A stretch of 64,000 nt of DNA, from assembly GCA_041651015.1 (NCBI GenBank), contig JBAZKA010000001.1:141158-205157 (forward strand). The letters are read 5' to 3'. The first letter of the stretch is position 1. Every line of letters starts with the position of its first letter. The position numbers were made by a program, and so were the translations under genes. Source of the DNA: Patescibacteria group bacterium. Its GTDB lineage: Bacteria; Patescibacteriota; Patescibacteriia; Magasanikbacterales; GWA2-37-8. Shown in pieces: positions 50,271 to 60,284 of this stretch. The notes under the pieces were generated by a model, which was not told where the DNA came from, did not search any database, and saw nothing but the letters and a program-made list of their open reading frames with translations.

Positions 50271-52118
50271 ATGTCAAAAGTTTGCAAGCGCTTTGTTTTA
50301 TTTGCGTTCATCTTATTTCTCTTTCCTTCGGTAGCCCTATCCGCATATAACGGACCGCCGTTGAAGATTCCGATGCCAAGTGGCGGAGGTATTGAAGTGA
50401 CGACAGCAGTTAATGGGAGCGATACCCACGACGGCAACGATTATTATTCGTTAGATTTCAATGATCGTTTTGAAGGTGACAAAGTGCTTTCGGCCGCGGC
50501 CGGGGTTGTTGAGTTGGTTGTGAATTCCGGCTGTTCGCAGTGGGGTGTGACCTGCAAGGTACAGATTCGTCATTACAATGGCTACATAACACGATATTTG
50601 CATTTTGCTAATGAAAGTATCGTGGTAAACACAGGTGATCATGTGGTTCAGGGCCAAGTCCTTGGTGTTATAGGGACTACTGGCGATAGTAGTGGGACGC
50701 ACCTGCATTTTGAGCTCAAGCATAAAAATAGTGATGGGAGTTACAGCGGTGCCCAAACCGATCCAGCTCTCTCGGGCGTCAATCTTGACGGAATTCTCAT
50801 GACTGATTTCAGTGTGAGCGCCGGGCATGCGTATTATTCGACAAACTGCACGCCGTCAACGTTTACCTATGATATAAATGGATTTCACGGTTACACCTGT
50901 TACGGCCCGATGCTGAATACCGGTTGGCTCACCGACTGTATGGCCGAGAAGAATTCATTTGCTCGCGGATACAAGGTGCGTTCGCTGGTGGAAATCAACG
51001 ACATAACAGCCGACCACAGATTCAAGGTTGAAACATGGCAGACAAACGTGAGCACGGCATATCCAAATTGGACATGGACCAGTTCGTGGGCTCGCGTGCC
51101 AAGCGGTTCAACTTGGGATCGTTCGTATTTCTATCCGGAATTTGCCAATGCCCCTGTCGGTAGTTGGGAATTCAGGATATTTGTGGATATGGTGGACGAC
51201 GGCAAAGATGATTTCATTTTGATTGACGCTCTGCCGTTCACTGTTGCTGAGAATAACTATTATTACGACCTCAACATCTATCGTTCGGACGCGGCGCAAT
51301 ATATCTACCAAGGATATACTTGTCTCGGGCCGATTACCGGTGGATCGAGTACAAATTGGGTGTATTCGTGCAACGGCGCCAGCGTCACCTCATGGACAGA
51401 TTCATCGCTTCTCGCGCCGATTAAATCGTTGTTTTCAACGAATAGCCGTGTTTACGCGCTGGTTCAGCTCCGTGATATACGCGTAAATCACAGATTCCAG
51501 GCCAAGATATATCGGGGCGGTACATTGGTGAAGACCGATACGTCGGCCTGGAATACAGTGAATGGCGTGTGGGAAAAAGCTTTTTATTTTCCGTATGTTG
51601 ATGTCGGCACATCAACCGGCGTTTGGCGTATGAATATTTTTGTAGATACTGGAACCGGGTTTAAACAAGTAGACACTTTGAATTTTCTTGTGCGCGCCCC
51701 ATCCACCCCCTTACCATTCCAGTATCGACGCGACAGCACGTCTTGCTATGGACCGATTACCGGTGGCGCGGAAACGAATTGGATTTACACCTGTACCAAT
51801 CCGGCCACGATTTTTAATGTCGGCGACTATGTGCAAACAATGATGCACGTTTCGCAGGTCAGTAAAAATCACCGCTTCAAAGTTATGGCGTACAAAGACG
51901 GTGCTTATCAATGGCCGTGGGAAACGAGTTTGATTATCGTCACTCCATATACATGGAGCACTTCGTATTTTAGCCCGACTTTGACCAATGCTACCAAAGG
52001 CAATTGGGAGTTCCGAATGTATTTGCAGACCTGCACCGGAACTACCACAAGTACGTGTGCCAGTTACGAGTGGGTTGATACCGTAAAATTTACGGTCGTA
52101 GATTTTCCCGCCATCTAA
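50271..52118 (+). CDS. M23 (LytM-type) peptidase with four C-terminal ~95-aa repeat domains
   Basis: SD AAAGGAG before ATG 50271; signal peptide; HDGNDYYSLDF…GTHLHFEL (HxxxD…HxH). Cys-containing repeats (YTCYGP / YTCLGP / SCYGP…NW.Y.C). Confidence 0.65.
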   Translation: MSKVCKRFVLFAFILFLFPSVALSAYNGPPLKIPMPSGGGIEVTTAVNGSDTHDGNDYYSLDFNDRFEGDKVLSAAAGVVELVVNSGCSQWGVTCKVQIRHYNGYITRYLHFANESIVVNTGDHVVQGQVLGVIGTTGDSSGTHLHFELKHKNSDGSYSGAQTDPALSGVNLDGILMTDFSVSAGHAYYSTNCTPSTFTYDINGFHGYTCYGPMLNTGWLTDCMAEKNSFARGYKVRSLVEINDITADHRFKVETWQTNVSTAYPNWTWTSSWARVPSGSTWDRSYFYPEFANAPVGSWEFRIFVDMVDDGKDDFILIDALPFTVAENNYYYDLNIYRSDAAQYIYQGYTCLGPITGGSSTNWVYSCNGASVTSWTDSSLLAPIKSLFSTNSRVYALVQLRDIRVNHRFQAKIYRGGTLVKTDTSAWNTVNGVWEKAFYFPYVDVGTSTGVWRMNIFVDTGTGFKQVDTLNFLVRAPSTPLPFQYRRDSTSCYGPITGGAETNWIYTCTNPATIFNVGDYVQTMMHVSQVSKNHRFKVMAYKDGAYQWPWETSLIIVTPYTWSTSYFSPTLTNATKGNWEFRMYLQTCTGTTTSTCASYEWVDTVKFTVVDFPAI

Positions 52119-52221
52119 TCTTTTCTCTAATAAATTTCGCTCTTTGCAGGGTGCCTCTTTACGGGTGCCCTGTTTTTTCATCTTGATTTATCCCTCAAAA
52201 TAAGATAAACTGTCCTTATAT

Positions 52222-53355
52222 ATGGCAAAAAAGAAAGGAAAAATTTTAGTCGCTATGTCCGGCGGGGTTGACTCCAGTGTGGCCGCGGCTTTGCTCGTGA
52301 ACGCCGGTTATGATGTGACCGGTATGTTTGCGGTTAACTACGAATCAGAAGAAAATGATGCGGATATTGCGCTTGCAGGGCGTAGCGCAGCGGAGACCTG
52401 TTGGCGCGGTGATTACAATGACGCTTTACGCGTGGCCGCGAAATTGAAAATTCCGCTGTTGCGTTTGAATTTTGTCAAAGAATACAAAAAGCATGTTTTG
52501 GATTATATGTATGCGGAATACCGGGCCGGACGCACGCCGAATCCAGATGTGTTATGTAATAAATTTGTGAAATTCGGTGTCTGGCTCAAAAAAGCCAAAG
52601 AACTGGGTTTTGATAAAATCGCGACCGGACACTACGCCCGGCTTCGCCGGGAATGTCAAATTTCCAATGTCAAATTTCCAATCAAATCAAAAATCCAAAA
52701 TCCAAAACCCGAAAATATTTGTATGGTTAAGGCAAAGGACGACAACAAAGACCAAACATATTTTTTACATCAATTGACTCAAACGCAATTAAAGCATGTA
52801 TTATTTCCCATTGGAAAGTTCACCAAGCCAGAAGTCCGTGCTTTGGCCGATAAATTTAAATTGCCGACCGCGAAAAAGGAAGAAAGCATGGGTATTTGTT
52901 TTGTGGGCGAAGTGCCGATGAAAAAGTTTTTGATGAAAAAAATTAAAACAAAAAAAGGAAAAATTATTTTATCCTCGGGCGAAATTGTCGGCGAGCATGA
53001 CGGCTTGGCGTTTTATACGATAGGGGAGAGAATCGGCATTGCCGGCCACAACGAAAAACCGCTATACGTGGTTGATAAGAATATTAAACAGAATAAGCTG
53101 GTAGTCGGGTATGATGCCGATCCGCTATTATTTAAAAAAGAAATTAAGATCACGGAGACTAATTGGATTGCTGGACGTGCGCCAAAATTTCCGTTAAAAT
53201 GTGAAGTACGACTGAGACATCGCCAACCGTTACAAAAGTGTGTGATAAATAAGAATAAAGTTTTGTTTACGCAACCGCAACGCGCGGTCACGCCCGGGCA
53301 ATTCGCGGTGTTTTACGCGAAGGGCGTTTGTTTGGGCGGGGGAGTGATAAGTTAA
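52222..53355 (+). CDS. mnmA: tRNA-specific 2-thiouridylase MnmA
   Basis: ILVAMSGGVDSSVAA PP-loop, CNKF, GHYAR, KDQTYFL motifs; contains a repeat-derived insertion (see findings). Confidence 0.8.
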   Translation: MAKKKGKILVAMSGGVDSSVAAALLVNAGYDVTGMFAVNYESEENDADIALAGRSAAETCWRGDYNDALRVAAKLKIPLLRLNFVKEYKKHVLDYMYAEYRAGRTPNPDVLCNKFVKFGVWLKKAKELGFDKIATGHYARLRRECQISNVKFPIKSKIQNPKPENICMVKAKDDNKDQTYFLHQLTQTQLKHVLFPIGKFTKPEVRALADKFKLPTAKKEESMGICFVGEVPMKKFLMKKIKTKKGKIILSSGEIVGEHDGLAFYTIGERIGIAGHNEKPLYVVDKNIKQNKLVVGYDADPLLFKKEIKITETNWIAGRAPKFPLKCEVRLRHRQPLQKCVINKNKVLFTQPQRAVTPGQFAVFYAKGVCLGGGVIS

Positions 53356-53362
53356 ATAAAAT

Positions 53363-53776
53363 ATGAAAATCGGAATCATAGGTTCAATGCAGTTTACGGA
53401 CAAGATGGTTGAATACCGCGACAAGTTGAATAAACTTGGTCATGACGCGTTTCTTACGGATTTACATAAAACGATGGTTGGTAAGTCGGACGAGGAGATT
53501 GAAAAAATTAAATTGCATCAGAAAAATAACATGGACGCCATCCGCGAATTTTGGCGAGCCATGCAAGGCGCGGATGCGGTTTTAGTTTTAAACTTTGATA
53601 AAAACGGGATAGCAAATTACATCGGCGGTAACACATTGATGGAAATTGGTTTTGCTCATGTGTTAAATCAGAAAATTTTTTTACTAAATCCCGTGCCGGA
53701 TATGGCTTATTGCAAAACTGAAATTGAAGCGGTCAAGCCAATAATTTTAAATGGAGATTTAACAAAAATTGTGTAA
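53363..53776 (+). CDS. nucleoside 2-deoxyribosyltransferase-like protein
   Basis: MKIGIIGS N-terminus and GNTLMEIGFA (GTxxEIGYA-like) motif. Confidence 0.35.
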   Translation: MKIGIIGSMQFTDKMVEYRDKLNKLGHDAFLTDLHKTMVGKSDEEIEKIKLHQKNNMDAIREFWRAMQGADAVLVLNFDKNGIANYIGGNTLMEIGFAHVLNQKIFLLNPVPDMAYCKTEIEAVKPIILNGDLTKIV

Positions 53777-53778
53777 AT

Positions 53779-54015
53779 ATGCCAGAAACAATCATCGGAA
53801 TTCTCGGCGCGGCTATTATCTTACTCTGCTATATTTTGAACCAATCTCATGTTTGGAAAGACACGGATTTAAAATATGATTTATTGAATTTTATCGGCTC
53901 TGGTTTATTGGTTGTTTACGGCTTGATGATTCATGGTTACCCCTTCGTGGCTTTGAATGGTGTTTGGGCGATTGTTTCATTACGGGATGTATTTTTAAAT
54001 TTTAAGAAAAAGTAA
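53779..54015 (+). CDS. small hypothetical membrane protein
   Basis: 78 aa, two TM helices. Confidence 0.35.
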   Translation: MPETIIGILGAAIILLCYILNQSHVWKDTDLKYDLLNFIGSGLLVVYGLMIHGYPFVALNGVWAIVSLRDVFLNFKKK

Positions 54016-54019
54016 ATTT

Positions 54020-54625
54020 ATGTTGTCATGGTTTGTTGTATCTGCTGCGATTTTAAGTAGTTTAGTTCTCGTATTTATTCTTATTCTGTTGTTAAAATAC
54101 AACAGTGTTTTGTCAAATTTATTTGCACTTTGTGTGCCGGCGTGTATTATTTGGTTGCCCGCGATAACTCAAAATACGCTCAAATTGCCGTCAATAGACA
54201 CGCAACCCGTCTCCTATATTACATTGTACATTGTTTCGATGCTTGTAGCGTACATATCAATTATTATTCTTGGGGTGAACTGGATAAGGGGCATTGAATT
54301 AAGTGTTGGGGATAAACGAACCATTAAATTTGCCAAATATTTTGGACTTGCCGTATTGCAATTATTTTTGCCGGTGTCGCTTATTTTACTTGAAGCTATT
54401 AATAAAATATCAACTCACAGCGTTGATATTGACATCGGCCCACCTTGGACAATTATTCATTGTTCAATTATGTATCTGATAATTCCTTTGGGGTTTTCGA
54501 TATATATTTTTTTTAGACACGCTATTAAAGAAAATGGTTTGATTTATGGTTATTTATCTGCTGCATTTGCTTTTGTTAATTTTTATTTTTGTATGTACAT
54601 CTGGGCGATAGTGCATATAGTTTAA
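54020..54625 (+). CDS. hypothetical membrane protein
   Basis: 201 aa, 5-6 TM helices. Confidence 0.35.
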   Translation: MLSWFVVSAAILSSLVLVFILILLLKYNSVLSNLFALCVPACIIWLPAITQNTLKLPSIDTQPVSYITLYIVSMLVAYISIIILGVNWIRGIELSVGDKRTIKFAKYFGLAVLQLFLPVSLILLEAINKISTHSVDIDIGPPWTIIHCSIMYLIIPLGFSIYIFFRHAIKENGLIYGYLSAAFAFVNFYFCMYIWAIVHIV

Positions 54626-54656
54626 GATAATTATAGCCGCATATATCCATATATCT

Positions 54657-56537
54657 ATGATCACCTCCAACGAACTCCGCCAAAAATATTTAGATTTTTT
54701 TGTTTCCAAAAATCACAAAATAATTCCGTCCGCTTCACTCGTGCCGGAAAATGATCCGACGGCTTTGTTTACCATGGCCGGCATGCACCCTCTCGTGCCG
54801 TATCTGCTCGGCCAACCGCATCCGTCCGGCAAACGTTTAGTTAATATCCAAAAATGCGTGCGCATGCAGGATATTGACGATGTGGGCGACAACCGCCATG
54901 ACACATTTTTTGAAATGCTCGGCAATTGGTCGCTAGGCGACTCCGACGCGCAAAACGCGGTCGGAGCAGGATACTTTAAAAAAGAATCAATTCAATGGAG
55001 CTGGGAATTTTTGACTTCTGATACCTGGCTCGGTTTGGACAAACGAAAAATTTCCGTCACGGTGTTTGCCGGAGACGATGACGCGCCTCGCGATGAAGAA
55101 TCAGCCGCGATTTGGAAGGATTGCGGAATGCCGGAAAATAAAATTGCCTACTTGCCGAAAGCGGATAACTGGTGGAATTCTCCGGGTACCACCGGCCCTT
55201 GCGGGCCGGACACGGAAATTTTTTGGTGGCGCGGAGAGACTGAATTTCCGCCCGAAGGCAGTAATTGCGCGACTGACCCGGATAACTGGCTGGAAATTTG
55301 GAATAATGTTTTCATGCAGTATGAAAAGACAGTCGATGGTAAGTTCGTACCGCTTCAACAAAAAAACGTGGACACGGGCATGGGGCTGGAGCGCACACTC
55401 ATGACTTTGAACGGTTTGACCGACACATTTCAAGTGGACACTTTTTGGCCTCTCATCCAAATCATCCAAAATATTTCCGGACGCGAATACATTGAGTCGC
55501 CCGAAGTCACCAAATCAATGCGCATTGTGGCCGACCACATCCGCACCGCCACCATGATCATGGGGGATGACAAGAGAATCGCCCCAAGTAATGTTGACCA
55601 GGGATATATTGTCCGCCGTTTGATCCGCCGGGCTGTTCGCCATGGACGCGTCCTTGGGTTAAAAGAAAATTTTTGTTCGCGCGTGGCAGAAGCTGTGATT
55701 GATATTTTCAAAGATGTTTATCCTGAAGTTAATCGCAACCGCGCGTTTATCATGGATGAACTCGCCAAAGAAGAAAGCAAATTCAGAAATACGATTGAAC
55801 AAGGTTTAAAAGAATTTGATAAATTATTGTCCGGATTCGCGATCGCCTTGGAAAAAACAGGGGAGAGGCTCACCGAAATTTCCGGCAAACAAGCGTTCAA
55901 ACTTTTTGAATCATACGGCTTTCCACTGGAGATGACCTTGGAACTGGCCAATGAAAAAGGCATGACCGTGGATGTGGCGGGATTTGAACACGCGTTCAAA
56001 GCTCATCAGGATTTATCCCGCGCCGGCGCTGAACAAAAATTCAAAGGCGGTTTGGCGGACCAAGGCGAGATGTCCGTCAAATACCACACAGCCACGCATT
56101 TGCTTCACGCGTCCTTGCGCGCGGTTCTGGGCGACAAGGTGGAACAGCGTGGTAGCAATATCACAGCCGAGCGTTTGCGTTTTGATTTTTCCTATCCGGA
56201 AAAGATGACCGACGAACAAAAAGCGAGAGTGGAGGAATTGGTCAATTATGCCATCCAAAAAGATTATCATGTGGATTCAGCTGAAATGACCGTGGCCGAA
56301 GCCAAAGCCTTGGGCGCCATGGGTTTGTTTGAAGATAAATACGGCGCCAAAGTAAAAGTGTATTCTGTCGGCGACCCGAATGAAAAGCCCTCGGCTCATG
56401 AAAATTCTCTCACTTTCAGCAAAGAGATTTGCGGTGGCCCGCATGTGGCAAATACAGTCGTGCTCGGAACCTTCAAAATAATTAAAGAAGAAGCGGTTAG
56501 CGCCGGTGTGCGCCGGATAAAGGCGACGTTGTCATAA
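54657..56537 (+). CDS. alaS: alanine--tRNA ligase (short form lacking C-Ala domain)
   Basis: N-terminal class II catalytic core (FTMAGMHPLVPYL, WSLGD), editing-domain zinc motifs HTATHLLH and CGGPHV; only 626 aa. Confidence 0.8.
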   Translation: MITSNELRQKYLDFFVSKNHKIIPSASLVPENDPTALFTMAGMHPLVPYLLGQPHPSGKRLVNIQKCVRMQDIDDVGDNRHDTFFEMLGNWSLGDSDAQNAVGAGYFKKESIQWSWEFLTSDTWLGLDKRKISVTVFAGDDDAPRDEESAAIWKDCGMPENKIAYLPKADNWWNSPGTTGPCGPDTEIFWWRGETEFPPEGSNCATDPDNWLEIWNNVFMQYEKTVDGKFVPLQQKNVDTGMGLERTLMTLNGLTDTFQVDTFWPLIQIIQNISGREYIESPEVTKSMRIVADHIRTATMIMGDDKRIAPSNVDQGYIVRRLIRRAVRHGRVLGLKENFCSRVAEAVIDIFKDVYPEVNRNRAFIMDELAKEESKFRNTIEQGLKEFDKLLSGFAIALEKTGERLTEISGKQAFKLFESYGFPLEMTLELANEKGMTVDVAGFEHAFKAHQDLSRAGAEQKFKGGLADQGEMSVKYHTATHLLHASLRAVLGDKVEQRGSNITAERLRFDFSYPEKMTDEQKARVEELVNYAIQKDYHVDSAEMTVAEAKALGAMGLFEDKYGAKVKVYSVGDPNEKPSAHENSLTFSKEICGGPHVANTVVLGTFKIIKEEAVSAGVRRIKATLS

Positions 56538-56538
56538 T

Positions 56539-56979
56539 ATGGTAAAAAAAATACTTTATTGGGCTTGGGGTATACGTTATCAGTTCATAAAATATTTTGT
56601 CATTGGCGTGACCTCGTTTGTGCTAGATATCGGTTCGCTCTATTTGCTCAAAGAATATTTACATTGGCGTCCGGTGGCCGCGATCATCGTCAATCAAATA
56701 TTTATTTTAAATTTTGTGTTTATCATGAATAAATACTGGTCGTTCAAAGCCACTGGTATGACCAAAACACAAATTATAAAATTTTATACAGTCGCCGGAT
56801 TCAATTATTTATTTTCCATCACTTGGATGTGGGTGGTGAATGACCATATTGGCGTCAATTATTTAATCACCAGAATTGCCAATATAATCTTGGCCGTATC
56901 GTGGAATTTTCTGCTTTATCGCTATTTTGTGTTTGCCGTGCCTGTGAACAAAATTAGTGAAAAGTTAGAAAGTTTATAA
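56539..56979 (+). CDS. GtrA-family membrane protein
   Basis: 146 aa, 4 TM, GtrA-like pattern. Confidence 0.55.
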   Translation: MVKKILYWAWGIRYQFIKYFVIGVTSFVLDIGSLYLLKEYLHWRPVAAIIVNQIFILNFVFIMNKYWSFKATGMTKTQIIKFYTVAGFNYLFSITWMWVVNDHIGVNYLITRIANIILAVSWNFLLYRYFVFAVPVNKISEKLESL

Positions 56980-57068
56980 AGTTCATAAAGTAAATTGCCC
57001 AACGTTAGCCAAAAAATAGACCAACTTTACAAACTTTATAACTTTATGAACTTTTAACTCCATTGCTC

Positions 57069-57097
57069 TTGACATTATCGGCAATTTCCGATAAAAT
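57069..57097 (+). promoter_or_regulatory. sigma70-type promoter (TTGACA-17-TAAAAT) for infA
   Basis: Lies just downstream of the CTTTATAA motif array. Confidence 0.5.
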
Positions 57098-57128
57098 GTC
57101 AGCACAGTGGTAATTTTTAACAAACCAA

Positions 57129-57344
57129 ATGTCCAATAACGACATTATTGAGATTGACGGCGCGGTAGCTGAATTGCTTCCGGCCGGCACATTTCGCGTC
57201 AGATTGGAAAGCGGACAAGAAGTAATCGCGCACCTCGCCGGCAAAATGCGGCTCAACAAAATTCGGTTGAGCATCGGCGACAAGGTGAAAGTGGCGATGA
57301 CGCCGTATGATCTGACCAAAGGGAGGATAAACTTCCGATATTAA
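57129..57344 (+). CDS. infA: translation initiation factor IF-1
   Basis: 71 aa, S1-like IF-1 sequence. Confidence 0.85.
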   Translation: MSNNDIIEIDGAVAELLPAGTFRVRLESGQEVIAHLAGKMRLNKIRLSIGDKVKVAMTPYDLTKGRINFRY

Positions 57345-57365
57345 ACAATTCAAATTTTCAAAAGA

Positions 57366-57430
57366 CCAATCATTGCGGTGTAGCCGTTCGTCAAGAATGG
57401 CGTTGATATCGCGGCAATGATTGCTCTTTT
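57366..57430 (+). terminator. long hairpin + U-run (attenuator/terminator between infA and rpmJ)
   Basis: CAATCATTGC…GCAATGATTG 10-bp stem enclosing ~37 nt, followed by CTCTTTTTGC. Confidence 0.4.
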
Positions 57431-57464
57431 TGCTTAATCAAATTTATTAATTGATGTTCAAGAT

Positions 57465-57578
57465 ATGAAGGTAAGAGCCTCAGCCAAAAAAATCTGTCAA
57501 AAGTGCAAAGTCGTCCGACGCAAAGGTCGGGTTTACGTCATTTGCTCAAACCCGAAGCATAAACAGCGTCAGGGTTAA
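57465..57578 (+). CDS. rpmJ: 50S ribosomal protein L36
   Basis: Manual translation [37 protein letters not shown]; too short for the ORF track. Confidence 0.85.
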   Translation: MKVRASAKKICQKCKVVRRKGRVYVICSNPKHKQRQG

Positions 57579-57597
57579 TTATAATTGAGAATATACT

Positions 57598-57984
57598 ATG
57601 CGTATTGCCGGTATCACAATTCCAAAGGAAAAGAGAATCGTCGCGTCTTTGCCGTATATTTACGGTATCGGAGCGACTCAAGCGCGAAAAATTTTGGCCA
57701 AAGCGAAAATCAGCGAAGATGTTCGCACCAAAGATTTGACCGAAGCCGAACAAGATAAATTGCGCGCTATCGTGGAAAAAGAATATATCACCGAAGGCGA
57801 TTTGCGCCGTGAAGTTGGCGCCAACATCAAACGCTTGAAAGATATCAAGTGCTATCGCGGTGTCCGCCACATGAAACACTTGCCCTCGCGCGGTCAACGC
57901 ACCAAGACAAATTCCCGCACCCTGCGCGGCAACACCCGCAAAACCATGGGCAGCGGCCGCAAGGCATCAGGTCTCAAAACCTAA
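57598..57984 (+). CDS. rpsM: 30S ribosomal protein S13
   Basis: [25 protein letters not shown]. Confidence 0.9.
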   Translation: MRIAGITIPKEKRIVASLPYIYGIGATQARKILAKAKISEDVRTKDLTEAEQDKLRAIVEKEYITEGDLRREVGANIKRLKDIKCYRGVRHMKHLPSRGQRTKTNSRTLRGNTRKTMGSGRKASGLKT

Positions 57985-58002
57985 TCGGTAAATGATTTAA
58001 CT

Positions 58003-58425
58003 ATGACAAATACACCAGAACAAAAAACTCCGGCCGCAGCGCCGGTCGTCAAAGCCAAGAAACGCAAAGCTGTAAAGCAAGTGTCTCGCGGTGATGCTTA
58101 TATTCAAGCTTCCTACAACAACACCATTATCACAGTGACTGATCCGAACGGCAACACTTTGGGTTGGGCTTCTTCCGGTATGGCCGGATTCAAAGGCCCG
58201 AAGAAAGCCACTCCATACGCCGCTTCCATGGTGGTAAAAATGCTGTTGGACAAAATTGTTGATTACGGAGTGAAGGATGTGAATGTTTACGTGAAAGGCA
58301 TTGGCGCCGGACGCGAAGGCGCCATCCGCGCTTTGCACACCAATGGTTTGAATGTTTTATCCATCAACGACGTGACACCGATTCCGCACAACGGATGCCG
58401 TCCGCCGAAACGCCGACGCGTTTAA
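58003..58425 (+). CDS. rpsK: 30S ribosomal protein S11
   Basis: Canonical uS11 core. Confidence 0.9.
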   Translation: MTNTPEQKTPAAAPVVKAKKRKAVKQVSRGDAYIQASYNNTIITVTDPNGNTLGWASSGMAGFKGPKKATPYAASMVVKMLLDKIVDYGVKDVNVYVKGIGAGREGAIRALHTNGLNVLSINDVTPIPHNGCRPPKRRRV

Positions 58426-58440
58426 TTTATCCTGAATACT

Positions 58441-59067
58441 ATGTCACTCAAAATAAATTCCAGATGCGCTCAATGCCGCCGAGCCGGTGAAAAACTGATG
58501 CTCAAAGGCGAAAAATGCCTCGGCCCGAAGTGTCCTTTTGTGAAACGCAATTATCCGCCGGGCATGCACGGACCGGACCAGAAACGCGCCAAGCTTTCGG
58601 GTTATGGCAAACAACTCAAAGAAAAACAAAAAGTAAAACGCGTTTACGGTTTGATTGAACGCCAATTCGCCAATTTGGTGGAAGAGGCGCAAGTCAAAGT
58701 CGGCGATACCTCCAAAATTTTGGTCAATCTACTGGAATCCCGTTTGGATAATGTGGTTTATCGCTGTGCTTTTGGCAAGAACCGCATGAACGCGCGTCAG
58801 CTGGTGTCGCACGGTCTTATCACTGTGAATGGCAAGAAAGTTGATGTCCCGTCTTTCCGTGTGAAAGCCGGCATGGTGGTGGCCATCAAGCCTGAAGCCA
58901 AATCCAAAAAAGCGTTTGAAAATTTTACCGAGAGATTAACCAAAGCCGAATATCCGTCATGGATCAGCGTGGATCCGGTCGCTTTCAGCGCCAAAATTCT
59001 CAACGCGCCGAGTTTGGACAACCCGAACTTCAGCTCGCAATCAATCATTGAGTTCTATTCACGCTAA
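58441..59067 (+). CDS. rpsD: 30S ribosomal protein S4
   Basis: uS4 with N-terminal CxxC…CxxC zinc ribbon. Confidence 0.9.
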   Translation: MSLKINSRCAQCRRAGEKLMLKGEKCLGPKCPFVKRNYPPGMHGPDQKRAKLSGYGKQLKEKQKVKRVYGLIERQFANLVEEAQVKVGDTSKILVNLLESRLDNVVYRCAFGKNRMNARQLVSHGLITVNGKKVDVPSFRVKAGMVVAIKPEAKSKKAFENFTERLTKAEYPSWISVDPVAFSAKILNAPSLDNPNFSSQSIIEFYSR

Positions 59068-59090
59068 TCATTAATCCATAACATAATTGT

Positions 59091-59915
59091 ATGGAAAATT
59101 TACTTCTGCCGTCAAAAATTGAGTTCTCCCAGGATGAGAAAAATCCTCACCAAGGACTTTTGACGATTTCTCCGTGTTATTACGGTTATGGTACGACTCT
59201 CGGCAACGCTATCCGCCGTGTATTGCTTTCGTCCCTCCCGGGCGCGGCCGTGGAAGCGTTCAAGATTCGCGGTGTGCAACATGAATTCACGACCATTGAT
59301 GGCGTCAAAGAAGACGCGGTGGAAATTATGTTGAACATCAAACAATTAATCGTCAATGTGTTCACAGATGAACCGGTCGTCTTGTCCCTGTCCAAAAAAG
59401 GTCCGGGCGTGGTGACGGGCGCGGATTTTGAAAAGAATTCCAACGTGGAAATAATCAACAAAGACCAAGTGATTTGCAACTTAACAAACAATAAACCGTT
59501 TGAATTGGAAATTACCGTGGGCCGAGGCCGTGGTTTCAAGACCAGCGAACAAAAAGATCGCGCCGGTTATGACCTGGGCACTATCGTGATTGATTCCATT
59601 TATACTCCGATCAAAGATGTGGGTTATCATGTGGAATTCACCCGCGTGGGCGATGTCACCAACTATGAAAAATTGGTTTTAAATATTGAGACTGACGGCA
59701 CTGTCACTCCGGAAGACGCCGTGCACCAAGCTGTGCAAATTCTGATGGACCATTTTTCTTTTGTGCTTGACGGCACCAAGAGCGAAGTCAAGAACAAGAA
59801 ACACGTGGAAGAAGCCGTGGTTGAAGAAGAAGTAAAGGAAGAAAAAGAAGAGACGGCCGAAGAAGACGAAGCGCCGAAAGCCAAAAAGAAAACTACCAAA
59901 AAGAAAACTAAATAA
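59091..59915 (+). CDS. rpoA: DNA-directed RNA polymerase alpha subunit (NTD only; acidic/lysine tail replaces alpha-CTD)
   Basis: Alpha NTD (…GTTLGNAIRRVLLSSLPGAA…) over ~235 aa, then EEEVKEEKEETAEEDEAPKAKKKTTKKKTK. Confidence 0.85.
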   Translation: MENLLLPSKIEFSQDEKNPHQGLLTISPCYYGYGTTLGNAIRRVLLSSLPGAAVEAFKIRGVQHEFTTIDGVKEDAVEIMLNIKQLIVNVFTDEPVVLSLSKKGPGVVTGADFEKNSNVEIINKDQVICNLTNNKPFELEITVGRGRGFKTSEQKDRAGYDLGTIVIDSIYTPIKDVGYHVEFTRVGDVTNYEKLVLNIETDGTVTPEDAVHQAVQILMDHFSFVLDGTKSEVKNKKHVEEAVVEEEVKEEKEETAEEDEAPKAKKKTTKKKTK

Positions 59916-59917
59916 AT

Positions 59918-60274
59918 ATGAGACACCAAAAAAAGAAAATTACGCTTGACCGGAAGGTCGCCTCGCGAAACGCGCTCATCGCCGGATTGGCCGAGAGTCT
60001 GATTTTACGCGAAAAAATCCGCACCACCAAAGCCAAAGCCCGCGCCGTGAAATCTTTCACGGAAAGATTGGTCACCGTGGCCAAGAAAAACACTTTGGCC
60101 GCCCGCCGCGATTTGATCGTGAAACTTTACACACCGAACGCGGTGAAAAAGTTGATGGAAGTTTTGGGCCCGCGCTATAAAGACCGCAACGGCGGTTACA
60201 CCCGTTTGACTACTGTCTCGGGCGTGCGCAAGGGCGACGCGGCTGAAACCGCGATTGTGGAATTTATTAAATAA
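59918..60274 (+). CDS. rplQ: 50S ribosomal protein L17
   Basis: MRHQKKKITLDRKVASRNAL…. Confidence 0.9.
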   Translation: MRHQKKKITLDRKVASRNALIAGLAESLILREKIRTTKAKARAVKSFTERLVTVAKKNTLAARRDLIVKLYTPNAVKKLMEVLGPRYKDRNGGYTRLTTVSGVRKGDAAETAIVEFIK

Positions 60275-60284
60275 TTTGAGGGCT

